From positions 725,754-789,753 of the forward strand of contig CAWFBP010000002.1 in NCBI GenBank assembly GCA_963814085.1: a stretch of 64,000 bases of DNA. The letters are read 5' to 3'. Under the pieces are notes generated by a model, which saw only the letters and a list, made by a program, of their open reading frames with translations, did no database searches and was not told the DNA's origin. This document shows, one piece after another, positions 9,012 through 18,585 of the stretch. The position numbers and the translations under genes are program-made. The stretch is from an uncultured Solirubrobacterales bacterium. Lineage in GTDB: Bacteria; Actinomycetota; Thermoleophilia; Solirubrobacterales; Solirubrobacteraceae. How positions within the stretch are numbered: position 1 is the stretch's first letter; each line of letters begins with the position of its first letter.

Positions 9012-10328
9012 ATGGCGATTACGACCAGACACCGCACAGCATTGGAGCACGATGCGGTCGATGTTCCTGTGTTGCTGGCGTGCTGGCGTACCCGCGAGCT
9101 GAGCCTCGCGCACACCTTTCGTGAGTGCGCCGGGGCCGCCACAGCGGAGATTGAGGAACTCTACGACCGCACGGTCTTTGCGCTGCTCCCACGCCACTAT
9201 GAGTCCGAGGAAAAGCTACGCCGCGCTCTGCACAAGGGGATCAAGATGCGCGCGTTACGCCTGCACCGCGACCGTGCCGCGCACGACCAGGCACTCGCGC
9301 ACGCCGCACCGGTAATCCACGCGACCGCGCAGGCACGCGCGTTTTGGCAGGAGCCCGAGCGAGCGCTGATCGCCCAAGAGGACGACATGATCATCGGAGA
9401 GTTCCTCTCCGAACTGACTTCTGAGGAGCGCGAAGTGTTCGTGCTGATGGCAGACGAACGCTCGTGGCGCGCGATCGGGACCGCGCTCGGAGTCGCTGAG
9501 AACGAGGCACGCAACGCTACCCGGTCGTGTGCCCGCAAGCTCGATCTATTCCTCAAGCTGTATGAAACAGGGCGGCTTTGCGGCTACCGCTCGCGCACGA
9601 TCACCGCCCTGCTCTCAGGCGATCAGGCCGGCGAGCTCGCGTTGGAACAGGCTCTCGCGCACCTGCGGCACTGCCGCACCTGCCGAGCCCAGCACCGGAC
9701 TACCGACGGGCAGCTACGCGCCACTTTCGAAGGCCGCGCGCTCGCGGTCCTTCCGATGCCCGTCCTGCTACACACCCCTGCTCGGCTACTCGACCGTGTC
9801 CACGGTTTGCTGGAGTACCCGGCTCGTCTCGCCGAACGGCTCACCGGCGCAGGGTCAGAGACGGGGATCCGCGAGCGCCTCGCAGAGGCTGGCGCCGGGG
9901 CAGGCGTCACGACGAAGGTCGCGCTCGGCGTCGCTGGTATCGCCGCGCTCGCCGGGGGAACTCTCGGCGCCACACATGCCCTCGACTCACCCACCCCACA
10001 CCACGTCCACCACATCACCGCGTCACGGCCAGCGACGCGCCTCACCACTGGCACGCGGCTGCCCGCAACCCTGCTCCCCCTGACATCCCACTCGCGTTCG
10101 GCTGGCAGCCCCGCCCGCCGCTCCCCGCCCACCAGGACACATCTCCCGTTCGGCCCAGGCCAAGCGACACCCCCGACACGCCGCACGCCAGCGCCCAGGA
10201 GCCACACCCAGCACGAACCGGGCGGGTTCGCCTACCTCGGCGCACCCACAGCAAATGCCGCCCGGCCGGCCATCCCAGCGCGGGCACAAACTTCCTCCCA
10301 GCATGCCGGAGGGGCGTTCAGCCCGTGA
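9012..10328 (+). CDS. ECF sigma factor fused to a zinc-binding anti-sigma (ZAS) motif, TM helix and Pro-rich tail
   Basis: Sigma4 LSELTSEEREVFVL...WRAIGTALGV; HxxxCxxC (HLRHCRTC); TM KVALGVAGIAALAGG; ends GGAFSP. Confidence 0.75.
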   Translation: MAITTRHRTALEHDAVDVPVLLACWRTRELSLAHTFRECAGAATAEIEELYDRTVFALLPRHYESEEKLRRALHKGIKMRALRLHRDRAAHDQALAHAAPVIHATAQARAFWQEPERALIAQEDDMIIGEFLSELTSEEREVFVLMADERSWRAIGTALGVAENEARNATRSCARKLDLFLKLYETGRLCGYRSRTITALLSGDQAGELALEQALAHLRHCRTCRAQHRTTDGQLRATFEGRALAVLPMPVLLHTPARLLDRVHGLLEYPARLAERLTGAGSETGIRERLAEAGAGAGVTTKVALGVAGIAALAGGTLGATHALDSPTPHHVHHITASRPATRLTTGTRLPATLLPLTSHSRSAGSPARRSPPTRTHLPFGPGQATPPTRRTPAPRSHTQHEPGGFAYLGAPTANAARPAIPARAQTSSQHAGGAFSP

Positions 10329-10340
10329 GCCCAAAAGTCG

Positions 10341-10368
10341 TTGGCCGGTTTTGCGGACTTGTGGTCAG
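10341..10368 (+). promoter_or_regulatory. Putative ECF-type promoter motif, copy 3 (secreted-protein operon)
   Basis: TTGGCCGGTT-N10-GTGGTCAG. Confidence 0.6.
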
Positions 10369-10419
10369 GAAGACCAGACAACCAGGGCCACGGGCCCGAG
10401 AAAGGACTCGAACAAGACC

Positions 10420-12525
10420 ATGAATATCAAGGTTGCCCCCAAACGAACAACCAGCATCCGCCGCGCGTCGGGGCTCTCGCAGCTCGCGATAAGGCTTCTC
10501 GCGTGCGCGACCCTCGCGGCGACGACCACTACGACCCTGGCGTTGAGTGCCACCCCCGCCTACGCGGGCACTTGGATCGAGGTGTCCTGCGAGAACCCCA
10601 ACGCATCAGCGGCACCAAGCCAGGGATGGTCGAGCTTCACCAGCGGCAGCATCGGCTCTGGGTCCAACAGTGACACAGTCTGCGGCCCGGATGACCCGAT
10701 GATCGCAGAGCTGAGCGCGGATGCCTCTGACCCGGTCGGGGCAGGGGAGAACCTTGAGTACATACCACCCGACGGGTCGACGCTCGCGGGCGGCTCGGCC
10801 GATGTCTACCTCAACGGTGAGGGGTACGGCACCGGGGCTTCCGGTGTCGCGATCGCCTACAGTCCCGAATTCGCATACAACGGCGCGAACGTGTTCATCC
10901 AATGCAGCTCAGGGCAACCCGCCTGCTCCTCAGGTGCCACCCCCTATGTATACGCGGGGGTACTCAACCTGCCAGCCAACCGAGGCGGGAACTTCTATCT
11001 CAGCGCCAGCTGCGGAGGCGAGTCGGTCCAGAGCTGCAACGAGGGCGCAAGTGAAGGCGCCTGGGCACTGGCACGACTATGGTGGGCGAACTTCCTGCTC
11101 TCCAACAACTCCACACCCGAAGCGAGCAACATCGCGGGGCCACTGCTAAGCCCCAATGCCCGCGGCAGCCAAGAACTCACCTTCACAGCCTCAGACCCCG
11201 GCGGCCCCGGCGTGTACACAGTGACCGTCCAAGCCGAAGACAAAACGCTCTACTCAGGCACACCCAACAACAACAACGGGGAGTGCGTGCCCGCCGGCAA
11301 CAGCGGTGGCGCACTGATGTTCGATTACAGCCAGCCATGCCGCGAGAGCGAGTCGATCGACCTCCCCATCGAAACGAGCACCCTCACCGACGCCCAGCAC
11401 ACCCTGAAGGTCACCGTGCAGGACGCCGCACAGAACTCGAGCGTCGTCTACGACGGTACGATCAGCACCCACAACGCGCCAGTGAACAGCTCGCTGCCAG
11501 GCGTCGAAGCGAGCGACCCACAAACGACCATCGGTACGCAGCTCTCAGCAGGCAACGGCGCATGGGAAACCCCCTCCGGTGCGGGCACGATCGGCTACAC
11601 CGGCCAGTGGCTGCGCTGCGATACCTCCGGCATCAACTGCCAGCCCGTGAGCGGCGCCAACACCACCAACTACACCGTCGCGAGCGCCGACGTTGGCAGC
11701 ACTCTGCGCTACCAGGTCACGGCGAAGAACAATGCCGGGTCCGCGGTCGCGGTCTCTCCCGCAAGCGCGATCGTGCCGAACACACAGCAGAACAGTGCGC
11801 CACCCGGCCCCGGCGGGCCGCTCCCAGGCCCAGGACTCCCATCCCAGGAGGGACCCGGTGCCAACCAGATCATCACTCAGACGCTCGGCGCGGCGAACGG
11901 CAGTAACGCAAGCGAGGCCGCCTACATCACCCTCGGCGTCACCTCCACAATCAGCAACGCCTACAACAAAAGCAACATGACCATCAAAGGCCGGCTGCTC
12001 GACCCTGCGGGCGAGCCGATCGCAGGCGCAACCATCGAAGTACTCCAGCAGGTCGCAATGGCGGGAGCACCGATGCTCAAAATCGGCCTCGCGCATACCG
12101 CCAGCGACGGGTCATTCACCGCGCGTATCCCAAAGGGCCCATCAAGGCTGATCCGCCTCGCGTACCGCGCCTTCTCAAACGAAGACACCTACGCCTACAC
12201 CCGAGACATCGTCCAGCACGTCAGCACCAGCGTCACGCTGCGAATCACTCCCACCCGGACCCCGCCGCATGGGCGTATAACGCTCACCGGCAGGGTACTC
12301 GGAGGGTACCTCGGGCCGCTGCATCCGGTTGTGGAACTAGAAGTGCGATATCTCGGCGAATGGCGCGTGTTCCATACCGTCCGCTGCAAAAATAACGGAG
12401 CGTTCAAAGCCCACTACAAATTCGGGGCGACCGGGCTCTTCCCGTTCCGCGCCCGGGTACGCGCAAGCACCGGACGCCCCTACACCCTCGGCTACTCCAC
12501 TCCCTATGCCATCCGCGCCGGATAA
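10420..12525 (+). CDS. Large secreted Cys-containing Ig-like multidomain protein
   Basis: Signal peptide ending PAYA; HTLKVTVQDAAQN and YTGQWLRCD...DVGSTLRYQVTA Ig-like modules; basic beta-rich C-terminus. Confidence 0.8.
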   Translation: MNIKVAPKRTTSIRRASGLSQLAIRLLACATLAATTTTTLALSATPAYAGTWIEVSCENPNASAAPSQGWSSFTSGSIGSGSNSDTVCGPDDPMIAELSADASDPVGAGENLEYIPPDGSTLAGGSADVYLNGEGYGTGASGVAIAYSPEFAYNGANVFIQCSSGQPACSSGATPYVYAGVLNLPANRGGNFYLSASCGGESVQSCNEGASEGAWALARLWWANFLLSNNSTPEASNIAGPLLSPNARGSQELTFTASDPGGPGVYTVTVQAEDKTLYSGTPNNNNGECVPAGNSGGALMFDYSQPCRESESIDLPIETSTLTDAQHTLKVTVQDAAQNSSVVYDGTISTHNAPVNSSLPGVEASDPQTTIGTQLSAGNGAWETPSGAGTIGYTGQWLRCDTSGINCQPVSGANTTNYTVASADVGSTLRYQVTAKNNAGSAVAVSPASAIVPNTQQNSAPPGPGGPLPGPGLPSQEGPGANQIITQTLGAANGSNASEAAYITLGVTSTISNAYNKSNMTIKGRLLDPAGEPIAGATIEVLQQVAMAGAPMLKIGLAHTASDGSFTARIPKGPSRLIRLAYRAFSNEDTYAYTRDIVQHVSTSVTLRITPTRTPPHGRITLTGRVLGGYLGPLHPVVELEVRYLGEWRVFHTVRCKNNGAFKAHYKFGATGLFPFRARVRASTGRPYTLGYSTPYAIRAG

Positions 12526-12614
12526 CACACCCAACCCGCGACCCGAGGATGGTCCCCGGCCCCGCAACGGGCTGGGAACCATCCTCGCTGCACTATGCGC
12601 AGCGCTCTTCTTAG

Positions 12615-14292
12615 CCCAGGGCGTGCAGTAATGGCCGCGCCCCCGGGTTGAGCGGGGGCGCGGATTACGTCCGGTGGAGCAGGGATTCTTGGGTTGTTCA
12701 GATCCTGAATCCCGAGTTTTGGAGGTCACCTTGAAGGTGATGCGTGATGGACGCCCGGTAACCGTAGAAGTCACGTCGGACGGAGCCGGTTTGGTTTCGC
12801 ATGCGGGCAGCGCGCTGGTCGCCCAGGTGGCCGATAAGGTCGGTCTTACGAGGGCGCTCTCGCGGGGGCTGGCCGGAATCAAGCAGCGGCGTCGTGGTCA
12901 TGATCCGGGCAGGGTATTCCGCGATCTCGCGGTGATGCTCGTCGACGGTGGCGAGTGCGTGTCGGATCTCGGCGTGGTCCGCGAGCAGGACGCGTTGTTC
13001 GGGGCGGTGGCGTCTGACTCGACAGCGTTTCGGATGATCGACCGGGTCGCGTCTGAGCCGGGGTTGCTGGATGCCCTGCGTGTCGCGCACGCCCGCGCCC
13101 GGGAGCGGTTCTGGGAGCTGCATGGTGCGCCTGAGCGGCTGACGCTCGATGTCGACGCGACACTGATCACCACGCATTCGGAGAAGGAGAAGGCGGCCGG
13201 AACCTACAAGGGCGGCTACGGGTTTCACCCGCTGCAGGTCTACCTGGACGAGACCAGGGAGGCACTCGGTGGCCTCTTGCGCCCCGGGAACGCCGGCTCG
13301 AACACCGCCGCGGATCATGTGGCGGCGCTGGACTTGGCGCTGACGCAGATCCCCGCCCGGTACGTGGCGTCTCTGGAGATCTTGGTGCGCGCGGACACAG
13401 CCGGCGCTACGCATGGCCTCGTTGACTATTGCCGCGAGGCACGGATGCGCTACTCGATTGGCTACGAGCTGACCGAGAAGGTTCGCGGCGCGATCCTCAC
13501 AATCCCCACGGACGCGTGGATAGGAGCGCTCGACCAGGACGGGTCGGCCCGCAAGAACGGCGAGGTCTGCGAGATCACCGGCATGGTCGATCTGTCCGGC
13601 TGGCCCGAGGACTCCAGGCTGATCGTGCGCAGGGAGCGTCCACACCCCGGAGCACAAATGTCGTTCATCGACCACGACGGGTACCGCTTCCAAGCGATCC
13701 TCACCGACCAGGCCGACCCCGACATCGCCGTCCTGGAGTGCCGCCACCGCCAGCACGCGCACGTCGAGGACCGCATCCGTGACGACAAGGACACCGGCCT
13801 TTCCAAGTTCCCGTTCAAAGAGTTTCAGCTCAACGAGGTATGGCTGGAGATCGTGATGCTCGCGCACGACCTGATCGTCTGGACCCAAGCACTCCTGCTC
13901 GACGGAGAGCTCGCCAAGGCCGAGCCCAAGCGGCTGCGCTACCGGCTACTACACGTCGCTGGGCGCCTCGCGTTCTCCGGCCGCCGCTGCAAGCTCCACC
14001 TCCAAGACACATGGCCGTGGACGGCCGAGCTCCTCGCCGCGTTCCAGAAACTCAAAACGCTTCACGCCGCGAGCAGCTGAGACCAGCCACCAGCGACCCC
14101 GCCACCACCCAGAAGACCACCCGGTCACCCGGCCGTAATCACCGCTGCCCCGAAACAAGCCAAGCACACGCCCCGCTCCCGCGGGAACGCACCACAAACA
14201 ACGCCACCCAACCAGATCACCGATCAACAAGTGACCGACCCACCAAAACAGCCACTCGCAGTCCCCCTCACGCGCCTAGTGCACGTTCCGGG
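12615..14292 (+). mobile_element. IS1380-family insertion sequence
   Basis: Imperfect terminal IRs CCCAGGGCGTGCA / CCCGGAACGTGCA; flanks TTAG and TTAA. Confidence 0.9.
12674..14080 (+). CDS. IS1380-family transposase (true start may be ~12731-12740)
   Basis: VSHAG, LDVDAT, YKGGYGFHPL, LRPGNAGSNT, VRAD, VRRERPHPGAQ, EPKRLRYRL. Confidence 0.95.
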   Translation: MEQGFLGCSDPESRVLEVTLKVMRDGRPVTVEVTSDGAGLVSHAGSALVAQVADKVGLTRALSRGLAGIKQRRRGHDPGRVFRDLAVMLVDGGECVSDLGVVREQDALFGAVASDSTAFRMIDRVASEPGLLDALRVAHARARERFWELHGAPERLTLDVDATLITTHSEKEKAAGTYKGGYGFHPLQVYLDETREALGGLLRPGNAGSNTAADHVAALDLALTQIPARYVASLEILVRADTAGATHGLVDYCREARMRYSIGYELTEKVRGAILTIPTDAWIGALDQDGSARKNGEVCEITGMVDLSGWPEDSRLIVRRERPHPGAQMSFIDHDGYRFQAILTDQADPDIAVLECRHRQHAHVEDRIRDDKDTGLSKFPFKEFQLNEVWLEIVMLAHDLIVWTQALLLDGELAKAEPKRLRYRLLHVAGRLAFSGRRCKLHLQDTWPWTAELLAAFQKLKTLHAASS

Positions 14293-15563
14293 TTAACGCT
14301 CGCTGTTGCCCCTACGGCGGATGCGATGGAGACGCCGTGGCCGACACAGCAGGCAATAAGCGACAACGGACAATTCCTCGCGTTCGCGCCACCCCCGCCA
14401 ACACCCGTCGGGATATGCATCGTCGACAGCGGGGTGAACCTCAACCCCGACACCGAAAGAACCGTCGTCTTTCGCACGGCGCTCGGAGAAGGAAACCCAG
14501 GCGATGTCTCAGTGGACGAGCACGGCACGCTGATGGCGATGTTCGCCGCCGCCCCAGCGAACGGGTGGGGAATGATCGGCGCCGCACCCACCGCCGTACG
14601 GGTCGTCTCCGTTCGTGTCGCGCAACCCGGTGAAATCGGAGAAGGCCTCGACTACTACCCCACAGGGATCAGGGAATGCCTGCACTACCGCCAGACCTAC
14701 AATATCAAGGTCATCAGCCTCTCCCTCGGCAGCGCCTTCCCGGAAACCTCCCCCGAGCAAACCGTCGATGAGCTGGTCACGATCGCTCACAACTATGGCA
14801 TCAATGTCGTCGCGGCGGCCGGCAACGACGCCGGCTCCTTGGAGTACCCCGCGGCTGATCCCACGGTGCTCTCTGTCGGCGCAGTCGGCTCCGCCCACCA
14901 GCTCTGCGGGTTCTCAGGCATCGGCGCGCGTCTACTCGCCCCAGGTTGCGAACTGGACGCCGCCGACCCCACTACGGGCTGGCCGAACAGCAACTACAGC
15001 CAGGGGACATGCCAGGCTGACGTAATCGTCGCTGCCGTACTCGGCGCGCTGCGTGCCTACCGCCCCGAACTCACCCCCGAAGAAGCCGAGCAGCTACTCA
15101 CCAGCCCGGACGGCGCGACGCTGAACGTCACCGCAACCTTCCGAGCCGCAGGGCTCACAAGCATCATCCAAGCAGGCACTCAAGCCGAACCACCAGCCAC
15201 ACCCAGCGACCCCCAAGCAACCCAAGACACCACCCCTACCAGCGCTCCCACGACCCCACCCGCCGCGATCTGGCCCTCAGTCACCACCCGGTTGCCCCAG
15301 CCGCACGTTCGCCTGCGACACCGCGGCAAACACCTCCTGCTCAGCCTCGCAAGCCGCCCCGCGGACGCCGAAACACAGCTACTGCTCCTCGGCCGCCGCC
15401 ACGGACACCACCAGCTAGAGCGTCTCCGGGAGATTACGAGCCGCAGCACGACGATCCAGCTGCCCGCCCAGGGCGCCCTCGCCGTCCAGGTACGCTACAT
15501 CGACCCCTACGACACTGGACGAGCGAGCGCATGGACACGCATACCGATGCCATCATCCACCGT

Positions 15564-17189
15564 GTGAGCCGAACAGCCCTCGCCGCGAGCCTCGCAGCCA
15601 CGGCCCTCTTCCTTACCGTTCTCCCCGCCGCCGCGCAAGCGGGCACCTACACCGTAACCGCATGCAACGACGCACCCGGGGCAGCGAACAACTCCTGGGT
15701 GCCGTTCAACACCGACACCATCCACCTCCAAACACGCCTCTCCTGCCCCTACACCATCAACGAAGGACAGCTCGCCAGCCAAGAAAACGGAATCGCCACC
15801 ACCGACATCCTCGAACTCCCCAACGGCGCGCAGACAGGCGCACAAGCAGGATGGAAGTTCAAAGTACCCGACCCAGAAACCGAGAAGATAACCGGCATCT
15901 CCTACGACCGAATGTTCTCCACCCAAGACCAATACTGGATACCCGCCCTCCGCGCCAACGGCACGATCCTCCCCGGGCAAACCTGTATCCCGCCAGTCGC
16001 CGGGAGCTGCCTTACCGGGTCAGGACCAGGAGGCCCAAACCACGCGACCCTCACCGGGCTCTCAGCAGAAACCCTCACCCTCGGCCTGGAATGCACCGCA
16101 CCCACCGGCCAAGAATGCATCACCGGCGCCGACGACTTCCACGCCGCAGTCGCAACGATGTACGCAGCAGACGTCACCATCGAAGACAACACCCCACCCA
16201 CCCTCCAACCACCAACCGGACCCCTATGGGAACCAGGCACCCACGGCAGCTTCCACAAGGGCACCGAAACCGTCACCGTCTCCGCCCAGGATATCGGCGG
16301 AGGCGTCCAGAGCATCGTCCTAGCCGCCGACAGCCACCCAGTCGAGACCTACAGCGCCCCGTGCAACTTTACCTCCGTCCAACCCTGTCCGCTCTCAACC
16401 GGACAGCAAACACTCACACTACCCACAACCGCGCTCTCCGACGGCACACACACCCTGACACTCACCGCAACAGACGCCGCAGGCAACCGATCGCAGATCG
16501 CCACCAAGCAGATCACCGTAGCCAACAATCCACCACCACCACCAACCAACTTAACCGCAACCTCAACACAGACCGGCAGCTCGACCTTCAACGTCACCTG
16601 GACAAACCCAGCCGACATCACACCAATTACTGAAGCAACTTACCAAGTCTGCCCCACCAGCGGATCAGGTACCTGCACAGAACCCCTCCCCGCCCCAGCG
16701 GGCGGCCCGGCCAGTGTCACAGTACCAGGACCCGGCGTCTGGACGCTCGCGGTTTGGCTTCATGACGCTGCTGGCAACAGCAGTCCCGCAAACGCCGCGC
16801 ACGTCACCCTAACCGTCAACCCAGAAGAAGTTCATGGGGGGTCGGGTGGCTGCAGCAGCTCAACCGGGAAAAGCTTAGGAAGCAGCAACTCTGGCGGACA
16901 CAGCTCAACTCTCCCAACGAGCAAACTCCATATCGTCGCGACCTGGCGCCGCAATAAGCTCACAGTGAGCGTTACCGGGCCGCCTAGCGGGACCGTCAAG
17001 GTAAATTACGCAGCCATATACCGCCGCAGAGTGATCGCCAGCCATTCCAAGACAACCAATCTGCGACACGGCAAACTAACGGTGACATTTACACTACGCT
17101 CGCGTGCTGCGACTCATGCCACGATTTGGGTAAGTGCACAACTAGGCCACAACCCACCAGCTACCAACACACTGAATCGTAGCCACTGA
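15564..17189 (+). CDS. Secreted Ig/FN3-like protein, distantly similar to the 10420 protein
   Basis: Signal peptide ending AQA-GTYTVTAC; DGTHTLTLTATDAAGN; FN3-like PPPPTNL...VTW; overlaps the subtilase stop. Confidence 0.8.
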   Translation: MSRTALAASLAATALFLTVLPAAAQAGTYTVTACNDAPGAANNSWVPFNTDTIHLQTRLSCPYTINEGQLASQENGIATTDILELPNGAQTGAQAGWKFKVPDPETEKITGISYDRMFSTQDQYWIPALRANGTILPGQTCIPPVAGSCLTGSGPGGPNHATLTGLSAETLTLGLECTAPTGQECITGADDFHAAVATMYAADVTIEDNTPPTLQPPTGPLWEPGTHGSFHKGTETVTVSAQDIGGGVQSIVLAADSHPVETYSAPCNFTSVQPCPLSTGQQTLTLPTTALSDGTHTLTLTATDAAGNRSQIATKQITVANNPPPPPTNLTATSTQTGSSTFNVTWTNPADITPITEATYQVCPTSGSGTCTEPLPAPAGGPASVTVPGPGVWTLAVWLHDAAGNSSPANAAHVTLTVNPEEVHGGSGGCSSSTGKSLGSSNSGGHSSTLPTSKLHIVATWRRNKLTVSVTGPPSGTVKVNYAAIYRRRVIASHSKTTNLRHGKLTVTFTLRSRAATHATIWVSAQLGHNPPATNTLNRSH

Positions 17190-17532
17190 TCGGGTTGCCC
17201 GTTGTGACGGAGCACTTCGACGGCCGCCGCGCGCAGCCCGTCGGGCAGCGTGGCGTTGGTCATGGTCGGGATTGGCGTCCAGCCATACACCGACACCGCG
17301 GCGACTTCACTATGGTCAGCGCATAGAGATGGATCCCCGTTTCACTCTCGCTGCAACCTTCATCAGCGAAGATCGGTCCGGTCGAAGTCCTCGTCAATTC
17401 CCTGTAGCCATCACTGCCATCTGTCCTAGTTTGATAACTCGTCGCCAGACACCACCCGGCCGTGCCACCCCGGAGTTCGGGTACAAGCGACGCGTGGCTG
17501 TTCGGCACACGACGCGTGATATACCGGCCCAT
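17183..17532 (-). pseudogene. Frameshifted paralog of the 17596-18582 protein (orphan partner/immunity remnant)
   Basis: AGWCL, GPIF and TLPDGLRAAAVEV match GGWCL, GPII and VLPDGLRTAVVEI, but in different frames. Confidence 0.6.
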
Positions 17533-17595
17533 CAGCTATACCCACTGAACACAGGGACGCCCAGACCACGCAGACAAGCGCACACCCGCGGCCGT

Positions 17596-18582
17596 TCATG
17601 GGCGGACCGTTGCGCCTAGATGTTCAAGCAAGGTCAGACGTTGCCTACCATTTGCACCCCGCGACACGACGAGCCAACCGCCACGAATACGCCTCGCAAC
17701 ACTATCTCCCTCTGCAACAGGCGCTTCAACGATACCGGGATGCCCTTGCAACGGTCTCATCCCCGGCAACGGTGTAGGACTTGATCCCGGACGACCGGCA
17801 TCAACTAGGACGCTCGCCAAAATCGGCGATCCGTTCAACTCATATTCCGTCATTGTGCAAGACAGCAAAGGCTGCCCGACGAGGCCCAAATGAGATTCGA
17901 GACGCGTTACCACCCCACCCCTCTCTATCCTAAGCCCCTCGAGATTTCCCGTGCGGATTTCACATATACCGCTCGACACGCCAGTAGGCCACGTCCAATT
18001 CCGCGTCGGCTCAGTGAAAAGAAGCAGTACGCGCGGACCACGACTCTGGTGGATCGGTTGGTCGCTTCGGCCTAGGGGGACAAACGATACCGGCCCAGGA
18101 ACAGATATGTGGAAACTGGGCACGTACTGAAAATGCCGCCCGCCCTGGATTTCAACAACCGCAGTACGCAAACCATCGGGCAATACACCCTCAGTACGTG
18201 TAGCAATGGGCTCGCCGCCTTCAACCGAGACAGCCGACACTTCGCTGGTAGTTACCACAACCCCTACCCTAATATCAGGAGGACCGCCATACCCGCTCCA
18301 GGTTTCCCCGATAATCGGGCCTTTCAGTGCCTTTCCCTCTTTACACGCCTTACCTTCTTCAGTCTTCAAACACCAGCCACCTTCACCCACGATAACGGGG
18401 GGCACGAATAAAACACTTTCATGTCGCACCCTTTGTATAGGATCAGACGAACCCGAACACGCCAGCATCACCGCTATGCACATCGTCATCCCAACGGTAC
18501 CAATGAACCGAAATAGATGTTTCACATAGCGTCGCTCTAGTTGCTCATCGCCGCGTAGTTGCTCTTGACCTATATGGGCCAT
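17596..18582 (-). CDS. Putative exported lipoprotein; cognate partner/immunity protein of the RHS protein
   Basis: Begins immediately after the RHS stop; lipobox-like VMLAC; lower GC; true start may be GTG ~18526. Confidence 0.6.
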   Translation of the reverse strand: MAHIGQEQLRGDEQLERRYVKHLFRFIGTVGMTMCIAVMLACSGSSDPIQRVRHESVLFVPPVIVGEGGWCLKTEEGKACKEGKALKGPIIGETWSGYGGPPDIRVGVVVTTSEVSAVSVEGGEPIATRTEGVLPDGLRTAVVEIQGGRHFQYVPSFHISVPGPVSFVPLGRSDQPIHQSRGPRVLLLFTEPTRNWTWPTGVSSGICEIRTGNLEGLRIERGGVVTRLESHLGLVGQPLLSCTMTEYELNGSPILASVLVDAGRPGSSPTPLPGMRPLQGHPGIVEAPVAEGDSVARRIRGGWLVVSRGANGRQRLTLLEHLGATVRP

Positions 18583-18585
18583 GCT

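Larger units (their letters stand above)
12506..15567 (+). pseudogene. S8 subtilisin-like peptidase interrupted by IS1380 inside its signal peptide
   Basis: 12506-12613 (MPSAPD...GTILAALCAALFL) joins in frame to 14296-15567 (TLAVAPTADA...IVDSG...HGTLMA...AAAGND...GTCQA). Confidence 0.8.

Noticed and set aside
13840-14292. N-terminal 150 aa of the 575-aa ORF in the track
   Set aside because: Lies inside IS1380; the real N-terminus is at 12506-12613.
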